The notes beneath the pieces are model-generated. The model was not told where the DNA came from, did not search any database, and was given only the letters and a program-made list of their open reading frames with translations. The translations under genes were made by a program, and so were the position numbers. DNA of 64,000 nucleotides from Camelus dromedarius (Eukaryota), in the NCBI RefSeq assembly GCF_036321535.1, contig NC_087436.1, positions 39,372,001 to 39,436,000 of the forward strand, given 5' to 3'. Position 1 is the stretch's first letter. The number at the start of each line of letters is the position of its first letter. Positions 1 through 12,668 of this stretch are shown one piece after another.

Positions 1-2466
1 TAATTGTTCTAACCTTCTGCGAAGTCCTAGATTTATAGCTTCAAAACTGATAGCATATACTTGGGACACAAGCTGGATAGTTCAGTCCCTATCACCAACA
101 TCAAAGATAGGATAATACTAAAAGTCCCACATGGACCCCAAGATTACATGACTGTTCTAAGAAAGGCCTTTCTTATAAGCAAAGGCTTATGTTTTTAATA
201 GCTCACTGAAATGTGGGACACTTTCAGATCAGAGACTACTATTTAGAATGAACCCTAACTAGGCAATCATTTTGTCTAGTTAATTAAATCAGCAAAATCT
301 GGAACTATACTTTAAAGACCAAATCTTATCTTCTTAAATTCAGGATGAAAATAATATGAATTTTAAAATTAGCTGCTGTAACTAATCAGAACATTGTTAA
401 TTTAGCAGTTAAGATGGGTACAAAGTATTTTTAAAAATACAAAAGGGAATCATTCCTAGTAACAGCTATGACACAAGACTCTCAGCTATGGGCAGCACAC
501 TGTAACTCCCAGGCATCCTACCATTAGGATTGTCAATTTAAAATGAAACTATGGCCTAACATTCAGTTTTCAGATAAGAGAGAGATGTGTTTAAGTTTCC
601 ACATTTATGAGCTAAGGACTCATGGGTGGCTCTTCTACTTACCAAACTATCAGCGGGATACTGCTGATGTAGTTCTTATCCAACTCTGGACATAGGATCT
701 GGCTGCCATGCCAGACTCCACACTCGATCTGCCCCCTTCCCAGCTTGACACCTCTCATGCTGTCTTGTCTCATGGTGACCATTCTATACTTTGACTGATG
801 TCCCACAATTCCCTGGAACTAATCTGGTTTAGCAGTGTTTGGGTATGGTATCCCCGACCGCAAAATCCATTCCAGCTGACTTCATCAACCTCTTCCCTTT
901 TTCTATTCTATACAATGAAGACAGTCAAAAAGAACTGTAATACTATGGGCCTTCTCATCTCCATCCTCTGAAAGGAGAGTGGTTAACAGAGATAACTGCT
1001 GTCAATGAAAATAAACATCAACATTTGGCTTAGAATACCTGGAACTGTAATTATGTATATTAGGTATGCAGATCTTAAAATTTTTAAACTGAAAAAGTAT
1101 AGGGTTATTACAGAGTTATTAGCTTCTATCTCCAATAAGAAATCAGTAAGTAAAGCAACTACAACTTATTTTTGGTGATCCCTAGATAACTTTGTGAAAA
1201 TTAAGATGTACATATATAGATGATCAAAACTCAGAAAAGGTCAGAGTAATGAGTTTTCACTGGAAATGGTTCCTCAATGAATAAAGAAGCTATTGTAAAA
1301 TTGATACCCAACATTTACTGAAAGTGAAGGGTAGCAAAACTAGTGAGTCAATTCCATCCTATTATAAAAATGGCCATTACATTGCTGAAGGGAAATTCTA
1401 GGCTTGCATTTTTTCCTATCACCTACTCTTTTCTTATTTGCTCTGTACTGAATATGGTGGGCTGTGGCCCCCTTTAACTTTCAATCTACAAAAAGCCATT
1501 CCTAACTCTCTATAAGATGATATCATGATACAGATCTCACAGATGACTAGGCCAGGTCAGCACTAGAAATGCAGCCATCCCTTGGCTAGCCCCAGGACAT
1601 GGACCAGACTCGAGAGTCCTGTTTATAGGACAGAGTCATTAACTAGCTGATATTTCTAAGGACCCACAGTGGGCAATTTGAACATCTTTGTCTTCATCAT
1701 TGCCAGGTCCACTTTGGCAAATACAGTTCTATCTCCAGATAACTTTTAATTACTGAAGTTGAAGATACACCCTCATTTCAGTAAAAACTCTAACCAATTA
1801 TTCTATATCCTGTCTACATCAAGAAAGACATCAGTCACATGCTATCTATACCAGAAAGCACTAACAGGTTGAGCAAGTTAATTCATCAGGCTTTTAAGGA
1901 TTTCAACCCTATTTCTATAATTTAGCCCTTATCTTCACACTGAGTCTTTAATGGATATAATAACCTCATTTTATAAGCCAGTGAAAATCAAAGAATGGCT
2001 ACTCACAGACCAAAGGAATAGTCTGATCTCAGGTCAGTCCTTCTTCATTTGGTAACAACGGCAATTCCACTTACAGAAAACAGACTCCCAAATGTCAAAG
2101 GTTTAGTTTCATTAGAAAAATCATACACAAAATAAAAAATATATTTATCAAGAACAATAATGGTATTATTTCATTCATCAAATTCAGCAAATTCATTCAA
2201 AACATGAGTTACAATATAGAAAGAAAAATGACAGCATGAAGTCTTACACAACCAACTGATCTGAAAAACCAGTCCCTTAAAATGCAACTGCAGTTTCATT
2301 TTCCAAGCAGTCTTCTTAAGTTGAGGGTTTTCTGTACCTGATTTTACATTAACTTTTCTCCATAATAAGTTTAAAGCTGAATGTCGTTTCCTCACCAAGT
2401 ACCTTATTCCCCAAAATGTTTAAACCAAGTACCTGATAACCAGGTGTCTCTGTTGCCTTTGATTAT

Positions 2467-2472
2467 TTTATT
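2467..2472 (-). terminator. Second candidate poly(A) signal (AATAAA), downstream of the duplicated segment
   Basis: AATAAA ~110 nt after the TGA at 2584. Confidence 0.4.
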
Positions 2473-2583
2473 TTGCTAAGGAATATGAAACTGCTATGAA
2501 AGTCAAGCCAAGGTCAAGTACACACCAAAGTTCTACCACTTGGGTATCTGCCCTCATTTGCTTCTTAGAAGTATGATTAAGAG

Positions 2584-2752
2584 TCATCCATACTTGCACA
2601 GCTGATTATGATGAGCATTTTTTTCTCTTTTTTTAAGTCTGCCTACTAGGTTCTCTCTCTTCCTCTGTCCACCCCTGGGAGCTCCACCTCCCTGATCCGA
2701 TTTAGATTTGGAAGGAGGTGATATCGTTCCAAGTCTCTCAATTTCTTCTGTA
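2584..2752 (-). other. Diverged duplicate of METTL14 exon 11 segment; candidate alternative last exon
   Basis: 2675-2752 matches 3435-3512 with 9 mismatches in 78 nt and no gaps. The frame stays open to TGA at 2584. Confidence 0.75.
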
Positions 2753-2806
2753 GTCAAATTACACGACTTCAAGAATTTTGAAAAAGAAAGAAAAAAGAAG
2801 TCTCTT

Positions 2807-2812
2807 TTTATT
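2807..2812 (-). terminator. Candidate proximal poly(A) signal of METTL14 (AATAAA)
   Basis: AATAAA ~490 nt after the stop codon, followed by a U-rich tract (2780-2800) that fits a downstream element. Confidence 0.6.
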
Positions 2813-3304
2813 GCTTCATTAAGAAAACATTAAAACCCTAACAGAAATTTACCATCTGTTCCAACTCCATTCCTTCAAGGCTCCCAAACAGCTTCCCGCT
2901 TGCTGTGACGGCAGTGGCAGGATGCCCATTACCAACTACTGTCAGCGCTAGTATGATACTCCAGATTGGGTCTTTTTTCACTGTTCACTTTCTTTCTAAA
3001 AAGCAAAAGCCTTGTTAATTAGATGAGCTCTATCAGAATAAATTAAGTCCCTGAAAGTGAAGGTATTCATGTTGTTCCATTCTGTTCAATTACATGCACA
3101 TGACAAAAGACAGGATGACTCGTTTATCCTGGACAAAATTAGACAGTCACAACTTCAAGGGAGGTTGGCTAAAATATTCCTGCCGCTTAGAAAAACTAAA
3201 GCAAAGTGCAAGCTGAAATGGAGTTCTAAATGACATCTCCCAGTTGAAATGCAAACTATAAAAAGAAGGTAAAGGGGCATTAATAGGATCAGTGTCCTAA
3301 AAAA

Positions 3305-3609
3305 CTATCGAGGTGGAAAGCCACCTCTGTGTGCTCCTCCACGGCCCCCCCTGAAGCCACCTCTTTCTCCTCGGAAGTTGGATCGATTTCTTTCTCTCCC
3401 ACGGCCAGCAGAAGTTCCACCTCTTCCTCCTCCTCTGGGAGCTCCACCTCCTCGATCAGATTTAGATTTGGGAGGAGGTGACTTTGGTCGAAGTCTCTCA
3501 ATTTCTTCTGTACACCCAGTCAAGTAGGAATTCGGGGCACTGAAGTAGGATGCGTATGTTTCTGCATTGTAGTTGCTATTTGTAAGAGTCGGTCCCACTG
3601 TAAGCCAGC
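3305..3609 (-). CDS. METTL14: METTL14 exon 11 coding part (GWLTVGPT…RGGFPPR*), 305 nt, RGG tail
   Basis: Acceptor ccatttcag|GC, TAG at 3305-3307, seven RGG motifs. The exons sum to 1365 nt = 454 aa + stop. Confidence 0.97.
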
Positions 3610-6600
3610 CTGAAATGGAGTGGAAAAAAAAAGGTTACTTTTTTTTTTTTTCCAATTCTCTTATTGATCCGTTAGGAGCTACTTCAAATTTCCAATGCAT
3701 TCTTAAAGATGTTCCTATCACTCACCCAACACTGATCTTTTTTTTTTCAAAGAATGCATGGCATTTAATCACAGTCATAAAGATTTCATATGTATACATT
3801 TTGTTTCTCCTCCTAGACCGTAACTTTTGTACCATAACCCTCCTCACTGTCTCCGTCCATGTTTCACATTCTGTGAGAACAGTACTTAGGAAAAAAAACA
3901 TACACTACACTAAGTTTGGGCTTAGTGAAAATTTAATAAATTTTATATCACCTTTCTACTTGTAGAAATGGTACCATAGTTTTCTGATTAAAATCCTGAA
4001 ATTAACTGTTGCCTCTACTCTTCCCAACAACACTAACCCAGCTAACAGATCTTAGAAATTCAACCACAACCATGTTGCTCCTATTCATTCCTATCTGTCC
4101 ATTTCTACTGCCGCCCTTAAATTTAGGTCTTTATTTTTCTACTTCACTAGTCCCCTACACATTTAACAGACATAAAAATACACTGTAATGCTCTCCCAAC
4201 ATCTCCTCCTTCCAAAAAAGGAAAGCCTAAAGCAAAGCTTAGTTCATAAATATGGAATCTAAGCTCTTTTATGAGGCTTGAGCTAGCTTTCCAATCACAC
4301 TGCTCATTAATGCTTTTCATAACACCTTCACTTGAGTAAAAGCAATGAATCACTTCAGTAACTGTTCCCATACTCATCATCTCTGCCTCTGTGCCTATTT
4401 TTTTTCCTATCCTGTCAACCTGTTAAAAAGTCCATCCTTCAACATCCACTTCAAATATACATCTTACGTAAAATGAAAATACTTTCTCTCAGGATTTCCA
4501 TTACACATTGTATTTCTTTTGGTAAAAAGGTATTTCTGTCAACTACTTGCTAGACAATTTTGACTGTATAGGAATGACCTCTGTCTGATTAAACTGTATC
4601 TGGAATGGGAGGAAATACAAATTAACCGTAATGCCTGATAGAGACATCATGCTTGGCATTCCCTGAGTGTGGCGATTCTTGCTCATTGGAGCAGGATGAG
4701 TAAAACCTAAGAACTAGGTTCTTCATTTGAAAAATTAGGTTCACAATATTTCTACCCTATCATCATCAAGGTTATTTCTTAGACTATTAAGTCCATTATA
4801 AAATCCTATAAAATGTAAAATATTTTACTAAGATCACATTCTAGAACGTAGTAGCCATTTTTGTACAAAATTTTGCTCATTTAAAAAAGTCTTCAGTATC
4901 TAACAGTGCATAGATATAAGATTTATAATATCTGAAGAAAAAAAAAACCAGGTGAATCATACTGTATCTTTCATGTCGCATCTAGCAGATAACCTGACAG
5001 GCAGAGAAGCACCTCATCAGTTGAAAGAGCACACTGCACACCTATGTGGTCTCACTGACAATTGAATCTTTGAGATTTTTACTTGCTACCTTCTGGTTTG
5101 TTTTTTGGCACGTATGTGGTATGACACAACACACAAGCAAGGAATGAGAAAGAAAACTTAAAGATTTAATAAAAATAGCTAATACTGTTTCTTTCATGCT
5201 ATATTGCCTCTTACATAAATACGATATGCACATCTTCATAGAATGAACTGTAAGGAACTCTGCCTCCCACCCACACGTTCTTTATTCCTAGTGTTTTATT
5301 ATACTTTCTAAAGGCATTACTAAGAACCAAGTAAGTTTAAATTAGCCTAGCTTCAGCATATTTGACACACATAGCAATTTTTAAACCTTTCAAAGCAACA
5401 ATATATAGTATTCCTATGGTATGTATGATATCCCTTAGACTATCTCCTTAAGGAAGAAGTGTATTTGAGATTCAAACCAAATAAGTTAAGGCCTTTAGCA
5501 GACTTCTCTCAATTGCTCCTATTATTATTTATGTGGTTAATCTCCAACTACTTAATAATCTCCCCAAGCAGATATTCTTTCTTAGTTCTGTTTTACTATA
5601 GCTAATATTAGAATAATTTTTCTAAGAATGGGCAAAGATAAAGAATCAGATGGTAGTTTACAAGCAAAAAATAAAATCTGCACCTCCAAGACTCTGTTCA
5701 ACTGGCATAGATACAGACAGAAGGATATCCTACATGAAAGAGATAATGTATAATCTGAAGTGGGTTAAGTGGCCACGGCTAAATGGATGGAGAAAACCCC
5801 CACTATATTTACAGTTATAGAATATTCGAGTTACAAATACAAATTGGCATCAAGCAAAATCTCTATTTTAGTTGCTGCTTATGCTTACACCTATACTTAA
5901 CAATGATCTATTCTCTCTACTCAGGTTCTTCTACTCATGCCTCTATAACAAAAAAACTTTTGATGAAAATTATGCTATAAAGCCATTAAAATGATTAAAA
6001 CTAATTATTTTAAATGTAGAAATATATTTAACATAATATTGAGAAAAATACAAAATGACAACTACAGTTATGTAAAAATTTGTATGCACAGGACTGGAAA
6101 GTATTATGTAAAAAAAATGAAAATACTTTGAAGTAGTGAGACTGAATCCTTTTTCCTCTTCAAAATTTTCATTAATGTTATACTGACTTTTCACTTATTA
6201 AAAGATTAGCATTTGTTTGATGTTTGCTTTTCCTCTTCAAATAGTTTTGCTTTTTCTTTAAAGTCTTCTACTTCATTTAAACAGCAGTTGCCACTGGAGA
6301 TTGTTCCCAGATTCAGGAGCTATTTTTGCGTAGGACAGGTTAATGATGGAAGACAAAAATCTGTTCATTTCCTCACATGCTAGAACCATAATCTTGATAT
6401 TCAGTATCTATGGACATCTACACTTTCTGAAAAACACACCCTTCCAGTTGAGTATCTAGTGATGTTAGTTTCTTTTAAGCCAGTGAAGAGGAAACATTTG
6501 CTTGCCATAAGCTCTGCTGACAAAATATTTTACTTTGATAAAAGTAAAATCATCCACAAAAATCCAAACAAGATGTTCATGTATATGTACAGCGGAAAGC

Positions 6601-6799
6601 TATAAACAACCCAAAGCTCATTTTATAGCTGTATATGGTATGTATATAATAACTTATACATGAACTGTACATGTACTGAGAAAACTGGTTTAAAAAAAGT
6701 AAGAAAACTATGAAGTTTAAACCACAGCATTCCCACCCCTTTAAAGAAAAAATCAATAAACTACTTTAAATTAGAATTTAATAATTCAAGGATTCATGC

Positions 6800-7640
6800 T
6801 GCAAGATAGCCACTGAAGGTACAATAAAAGAATACCTAACTAACAGGCTAATAAAGAAAAATTGAATAATATAAGAATAGTTAATCAATCCAAAAGAAAT
6901 AAGAGAAAAAGGAACATAAAACAGTTGGTACCAATGTAAAGCAAAACAGTAAGATGGTAATTTATGCCCAAATACATCAGGAATTACATTAAATATAGAC
7001 TGACTAAACAACTCAATTGAAAAATAACGATAAACTAGATGAAAACCAACTATTTTTGTTCACAAGAGATACACCTTAAATGTATGGATATGGAAGATTA
7101 TAAAGAGACGGATGGAAATAATACACCATGCAAACACAAGCCAAAAGAAAGAGGAGTAGCTATAATAATGTCAGATGAAGTAGGATTTAAAGTAAGAAAT
7201 ACTGGATATAAATAAGGACATTTCATAATACTTAAGAGGGTTAATCTACAAGGAAGGCATAAAAATTCTACATTTTATAAACACCTAACAACAGAATCTT
7301 AAATAGCTCTAAACATAAAACTGATAACTAAACAAAACCACAAACCCATAATCATAATATATTATAACATACCTTTCTCACAGAGTAAGTAAAATAAATC
7401 ATTAAAGACATGGCCAATACAAACAGCACACAATTAGTAAATATTATCTACCAACAACAAGAACAATATACATTCTTTTCAATTGGACTTGCAATATTTA
7501 TCTAAATGGGTCAAAAACAAATCTCAACAAATTACAGATAATTAAAATCTTATGGTGCATGTTATTTGACCACAACATTAAACCAAGAAGCAATAACAGA
7601 ATGGTAACTTATGCAAAACAATTCTGAATAACAAACTGTC
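6800..7640 (+). mobile_element. Old L1 fragment (ORF2 endonuclease region)
   Basis: Decayed L1 EN-coding sequence (…ATACACCATGCAAACAC…AAGAAAG…GGAGTAGCTATA…TCAGA…). Confidence 0.7.
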
Positions 7641-8889
7641 AGGAGGAAAAACATTTATTTTTAAATATAGCAAAGCCAAGCCTCACAAACATTTCCCATG
7701 CAAAATATTTCTTTATATAGAGAATATAGTTTTACTTTTCCTTTATCATTTTATACAATTTTATGAAATTCAAGACCACCAGTTCCTACAAGCAAAATAT
7801 TTCCAAGTTACTGTGTTCATCAAAGCACACCTGAAAGAAACAGCTGATGGGGCTGGGGGGATGGGGAGAGGTAATTACGTTATGTATATAAGGCAACTTT
7901 AAGAATTACTTTTTTTTAGAATGAACATCAGAGTTTCTTCTAAATTCTTAGGTACTTTTAAGGCCAATTATTCTACTGTAACTTCTTCAACTTTTACTTT
8001 TTATGAAATGTAGATTAAAACAAATAAGATCCTGACTCCTTCCATCTTTAAACTTAATTTCTAGCATGGTAATGCCAAACAGATCGATTTTATATATTGT
8101 GACTGAAGTAATGCAATGCTCTTAAAAGTTACTTTTATATTTTCTGAGAAATAAAAGAAATAAGATGTACTGTTATTTCAACAATGATTTATAAACAAAA
8201 GCTGTGCCCTCTGAAAGAAAATCCTAGTCCCATAAGTTTACTTTTTACTCATTTTTTTTCAAAATAGTAAATTCACATTATACCGATTAAGTTAAAAAAA
8301 AAAAAAGTTAGAATTCTGAAAAAAGCAACATCATGATACATGTAAGGAAACAAGCCAGGTACATTAGTTTCTAATAAAGCTGAGATCTGTATTTCACAAA
8401 TGCATGGTTATTTTCTGCAGGATCATTTGGTTGGTAGACTTAGTCCTATCCAAAAAAGTCAGTAAGACATTTGGTCCATGCCACATGGTCCCAAAAATTT
8501 AGTCCTTGCCAAAACATTCATGAGAAAATTCGGTCCATGCCAAATGATTTTGGACAGGGCCAAATATCAAGGACCTTTTGGCATGGACTTTACAAACCGA
8601 TAAAGAATAAATGCTATGAAGAAAACGAAAACAGATTAAAGGGAAAAAGTGGTGGGAAGAGGGGAGTGGAGTGGGAAGCTGCCTAATTTAGACAGGGTTG
8701 TAAGAAGTCAGGTATTTGAAAGGAGAGAGGACCATGGAAAAGGACTGACAAGAATGAGCTTGGCAGGTGTGAAGTACAGCAAGAAGAGGAATCAAACACA
8801 TTAGATGAATTTTATGCTACATAGCACTGTGTGCTATTTCTTAACATCTTTATCCCACAGAACTATACTGCTTTCTTTTTTCCCCTTAC

Positions 8890-9100
8890 CTGGTCGAATT
8901 GTACTATCTCTCCCAAATAGATGAAGGCGTCTTCTACCAAGACAAAAATGTTCAATTATATGAAAAATTTCTACAGGCTTCTCTATATTGCCAATTTCAG
9001 GTTCTTCTGTGATAATCAAGTCAATGTCAACATTAGCATGAATGAAGTCCCCGTCTGTGCTACGCTTAACGGTTCCTTTGATCCCCATGAGGCAGTGTTC
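8890..9100 (-). CDS. METTL14: METTL14 exon 10 (EHCLMGIKG…[10 protein letters not shown]+G), 211 nt
   Basis: Acceptor ttgtttag|GAA, donor CAG|GTAAGG; overlaps track ORF 8834..9088. Confidence 0.97.
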
Positions 9101-10248
9101 CTAAACAACAGTAAGAGCAGACCAATGAATCTCTTTTCATTAACAGTCATAGTTCATAACATTTTACATTTCTGATGTTCCCAATTCAAAAACAATCCTC
9201 GTTTCTCTGAATCTTTGGGATATGGTTCTAAGGGCAAAAGTACAATAAGAAAAATCTGGATCTCTGGATATGGGAAGATTGCCAGGGAAGCTAGGCAATA
9301 GAATATTAAACTTGGGGTCATCACATTTTAGAACTGAGTCAGTGACCATGGAATCTTCTTTCCATCTGCAACACTTGATAATAACTTGTTTTCAGCAGTT
9401 ATGGAAACATGGCACTTGACTTTGGAATCTTCAAATGTTATACTGGGCCTCACATAATCCAAGATCAAAACTATCTACAAGATGTAAGCCTTTTCATATG
9501 GAGCACGGACTTAAAGGATGGACTTAAAAGGATGGATACAAACTTCTAAATACTCAACATAAGTAAATGTGAAAAGTCAGTTTCTCTCTCTCTTTTTTTT
9601 TTTTTTTTTGACCTCAATTCAATCTGGAATGATGGGAGTATGGTTTAAATAAATGTAATCTCACCTGACTGCATGAATTAATAATAGTAAGGATGGCTTA
9701 GATTCCTTTCAAGAGAATTTCTAGTCTAAAAATATCCTCCATCAGTGGGTCCCTGAAGAATGCAAGACTGGAGCACAAACTATTAAAGCCTGATAACTAG
9801 TAAGGCAGTCCTAAGAAGCAGAGGTTCTCAGGGGTGCTTGTTTAGGTTTTTAGGGTTCTTATGTAGGAAGAAGAAGCAAAGGGGAGAGAAGTATTTATCT
9901 AGCTGGCCAGCTATGAGTCCTGCTGCCCTTTCTTTACTAGGCCTAGATAAAAGGAAAAAAATCTGGGGGTCAGAAGTACCAAAAGCCCATATTTGACTCA
10001 GTATTACAGCAGTTTAGGACACACAGGAATACACACTGCCTTCTCCAGCACAGTATAGGTTGATCTAACTGAGTGAATAAAATATTTTAAAATTAACTTA
10101 GATGTATTACTTTACTGCTCAATGCCATTTTTTGTACAAGTCTAGGAGAAGGATCTTTCCACTAAAATTAATTAAAAGTATACAGTCATTTGGAAAAGCT
10201 TAAGAGAAAATAACGAAAATAAAGAAAACAAAGCAGTAATGGCAGTAC

Positions 10249-10365
10249 CTTTGTTCTCTGGAAGACAGCCTTTGGATCTAAAGTCTTAGTCTTCCCTGGA
10301 TTGTTTTTATTGGTTTTAATCCAACAAATATCTTCACATCTTCTATAACCCCACTTGCGTAAACA
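10249..10365 (-). CDS. METTL14: METTL14 exon 9 ([39 protein letters not shown]), 117 nt
   Basis: Acceptor tttctag|TGT, donor AAG|GTACTG. Confidence 0.97.
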
Positions 10366-12575
10366 CTAGAAATGAAAGAATTAAAAAAAAAATTCTTAGC
10401 TAAAAGAAATAAATAACACTTAAAATAACCAACCAGCATTAAAAACTTCCTAAAGATCTGAGCCACTAAATTCCAAGGTGTCACAGTAATTTTGTTTTAG
10501 TGCAGGAATAAAGAAATACTAGTCTTTAAATATACAGCCATTATACAGACTTCGTATATATCTTTTGGATATTAATGTAATAGATATAGTTAATATCAAA
10601 ACATAGAAAGGATTACATAATACTCCAATTATTTAATACTACCTTCCACTGTCATCAGTAGAAAGTGGGTTTTAAGGGATAAAACACTCAGCCTCTCTTT
10701 AATCAAAAGTAATTCAAAAGATAGTTTCCTTCCTGCCACCTCAATTTTCTATCCTCTGACAAAGCTAAAAACTGTTGAAAACGCTCTAATCAATAACTCA
10801 TTTTCAAGTGAGAGCCTTCTAAAATGTTATTTTTAATATATTTAATACTAAATCTCAAAAATTCAGACTTAAAATTGTTATGGATATTTCTTTATTGGGT
10901 AAATTTTACTTTCATCTTTTCACAACCTAGACAATAGAGAGATCTGAACCTTAGTGTTCTAGAATCAGTCACATGTGAACATGTAACAAATACTAGCTAA
11001 CTCATCACTCAGAGTGGCATTTTGAGGCCTGTCATATGTAGGTGTTGGCTAGCTGCTCGGAATGAAAATGTGAGTAAGATATAGTCCTTATCCCTAGCTG
11101 ATTTAAGAGCCAAGTAGGAGAAGTAAGTTAATGGTGGCACAATATTGTTGGTACTATGATCAAGTATAAATAAAGATATCGTGCAGCATAAAACACACTT
11201 TTCAGGAATGCTCTCATTGTATAAGCTGAGATACACCTCAAGATGAAACTTAAGATTTTTATTTTAAAATCTCAAAAATCAAGATCAGTATCTCTTCCAG
11301 CTGCTAAATATCTGTTCTGTATTGAATGTTCATTAAAATCCAACATGTCCTAATCAATTTACTAAAAGCTTGTCAGTATTTCTCATGCTGAATTATTTTT
11401 GTAATCATTTTTGGCCAAAATCTACTTTCACCGATATAATAAACTGCTGCATAAACAAGTAAGACAAATCCTCCTAATCAATTTCAACCTAATTTGGGGA
11501 CTAGGGGGTTGGGGCGAAAGCTCCAAGCCAGACGTTAAAGCTAAAAAAGGTAAATACGAATATACCTATAAAAACATACAGGATGTTTCTCTCACTTCCT
11601 TGGCTTTTCTATTGCATCTTGGGGAGGTGCCAGCAATAAAACAGATACACAGTTGGAATAGTTCTAGTCTTACCATGGAGTTAATAAATGACAGAGGTAA
11701 TGATGTTCTCCAACCTGCTATTTATATAAATACAAAGCAACTGCAGAATTTCAGGATTTGAGCACAAATATATCTCAATATAATCCTACTTAAATTCTTT
11801 ATCTGTCAAATGGACACCTCCTAAAATTGCCAGGATTAAATGAGATCATTTATTGTATATCAAGTAATATGTCCTAAAAATGTAAAGTATTATCCAAAGA
11901 CAAGTGAGGGAACTGAAATCCACAAGAGTAGTATCTCTTTACCCAAAGTTTCACTGTTGGACAACAGAACTGAGAGCAAAACTGAGGACTCCCAACACCT
12001 AGCCACAATGCTCCTATTATTCTTGGATAAAAAAGTTTGTATTATTTTGTTTCCATTTAGAATCCAAAACACTCCATTCAAAAAAAAAAAGTTCTGAAAT
12101 ACAATAAATATATGTACTTAAATTGAGATTTTGTAACTCCTCTCTTACTTTCATTCATTCATTTAAACTATGTGTTCCAGATACTGTGTTATTTGTCTTA
12201 TCTGATTTGGCTTCCATCTGGAATGCAGGAGTTAATGCTATTCAGAAGCATACTTCTCAGCTACTGATAATGAGCAGTAAATGACACTAAGCAGCTTGTT
12301 TTTGAGCTATAATTTAGTTTCAAATCTCTAAACTGTTCTCTTCCTGCAGTTATAATGAATCATATTTTGATTTAGTCATTCCTAACACTAGTTAACTAAG
12401 GGGTACTGCTGCCTCTTGCACATTCTTTTCTAAACATTTTTCTTCTTCTGAGTACTTTAGTACTATTCAAGAAACAAATGACAAAATAACATTAATCTTC
12501 AGACTTCTTATGCAACATATCGTGTTATATTTTTTTCTTATGAATTTAAAAATCCACCAAAAAACACCACCTTAC

Positions 12576-12668
12576 CACTCTTCCAAGGTCCAACCCCTCC
12601 CCGGAACCACACCAGAGAAAAATAAATGACCGAGGTGCTGCAATCTCATCAATCTCTAACTTCATAAT
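12576..12668 (-). CDS. METTL14: METTL14 exon 8 ([31 protein letters not shown]), 93 nt
   Basis: Acceptor ttcttacag|ATT, donor GTG|GTAAGG. Confidence 0.97.

Noticed and set aside
3573..3965. 130-aa + strand ORF antisense to the exon 11 boundary
   Set aside because: Non-ATG start and low-complexity F/K runs from homopolymers; spurious.
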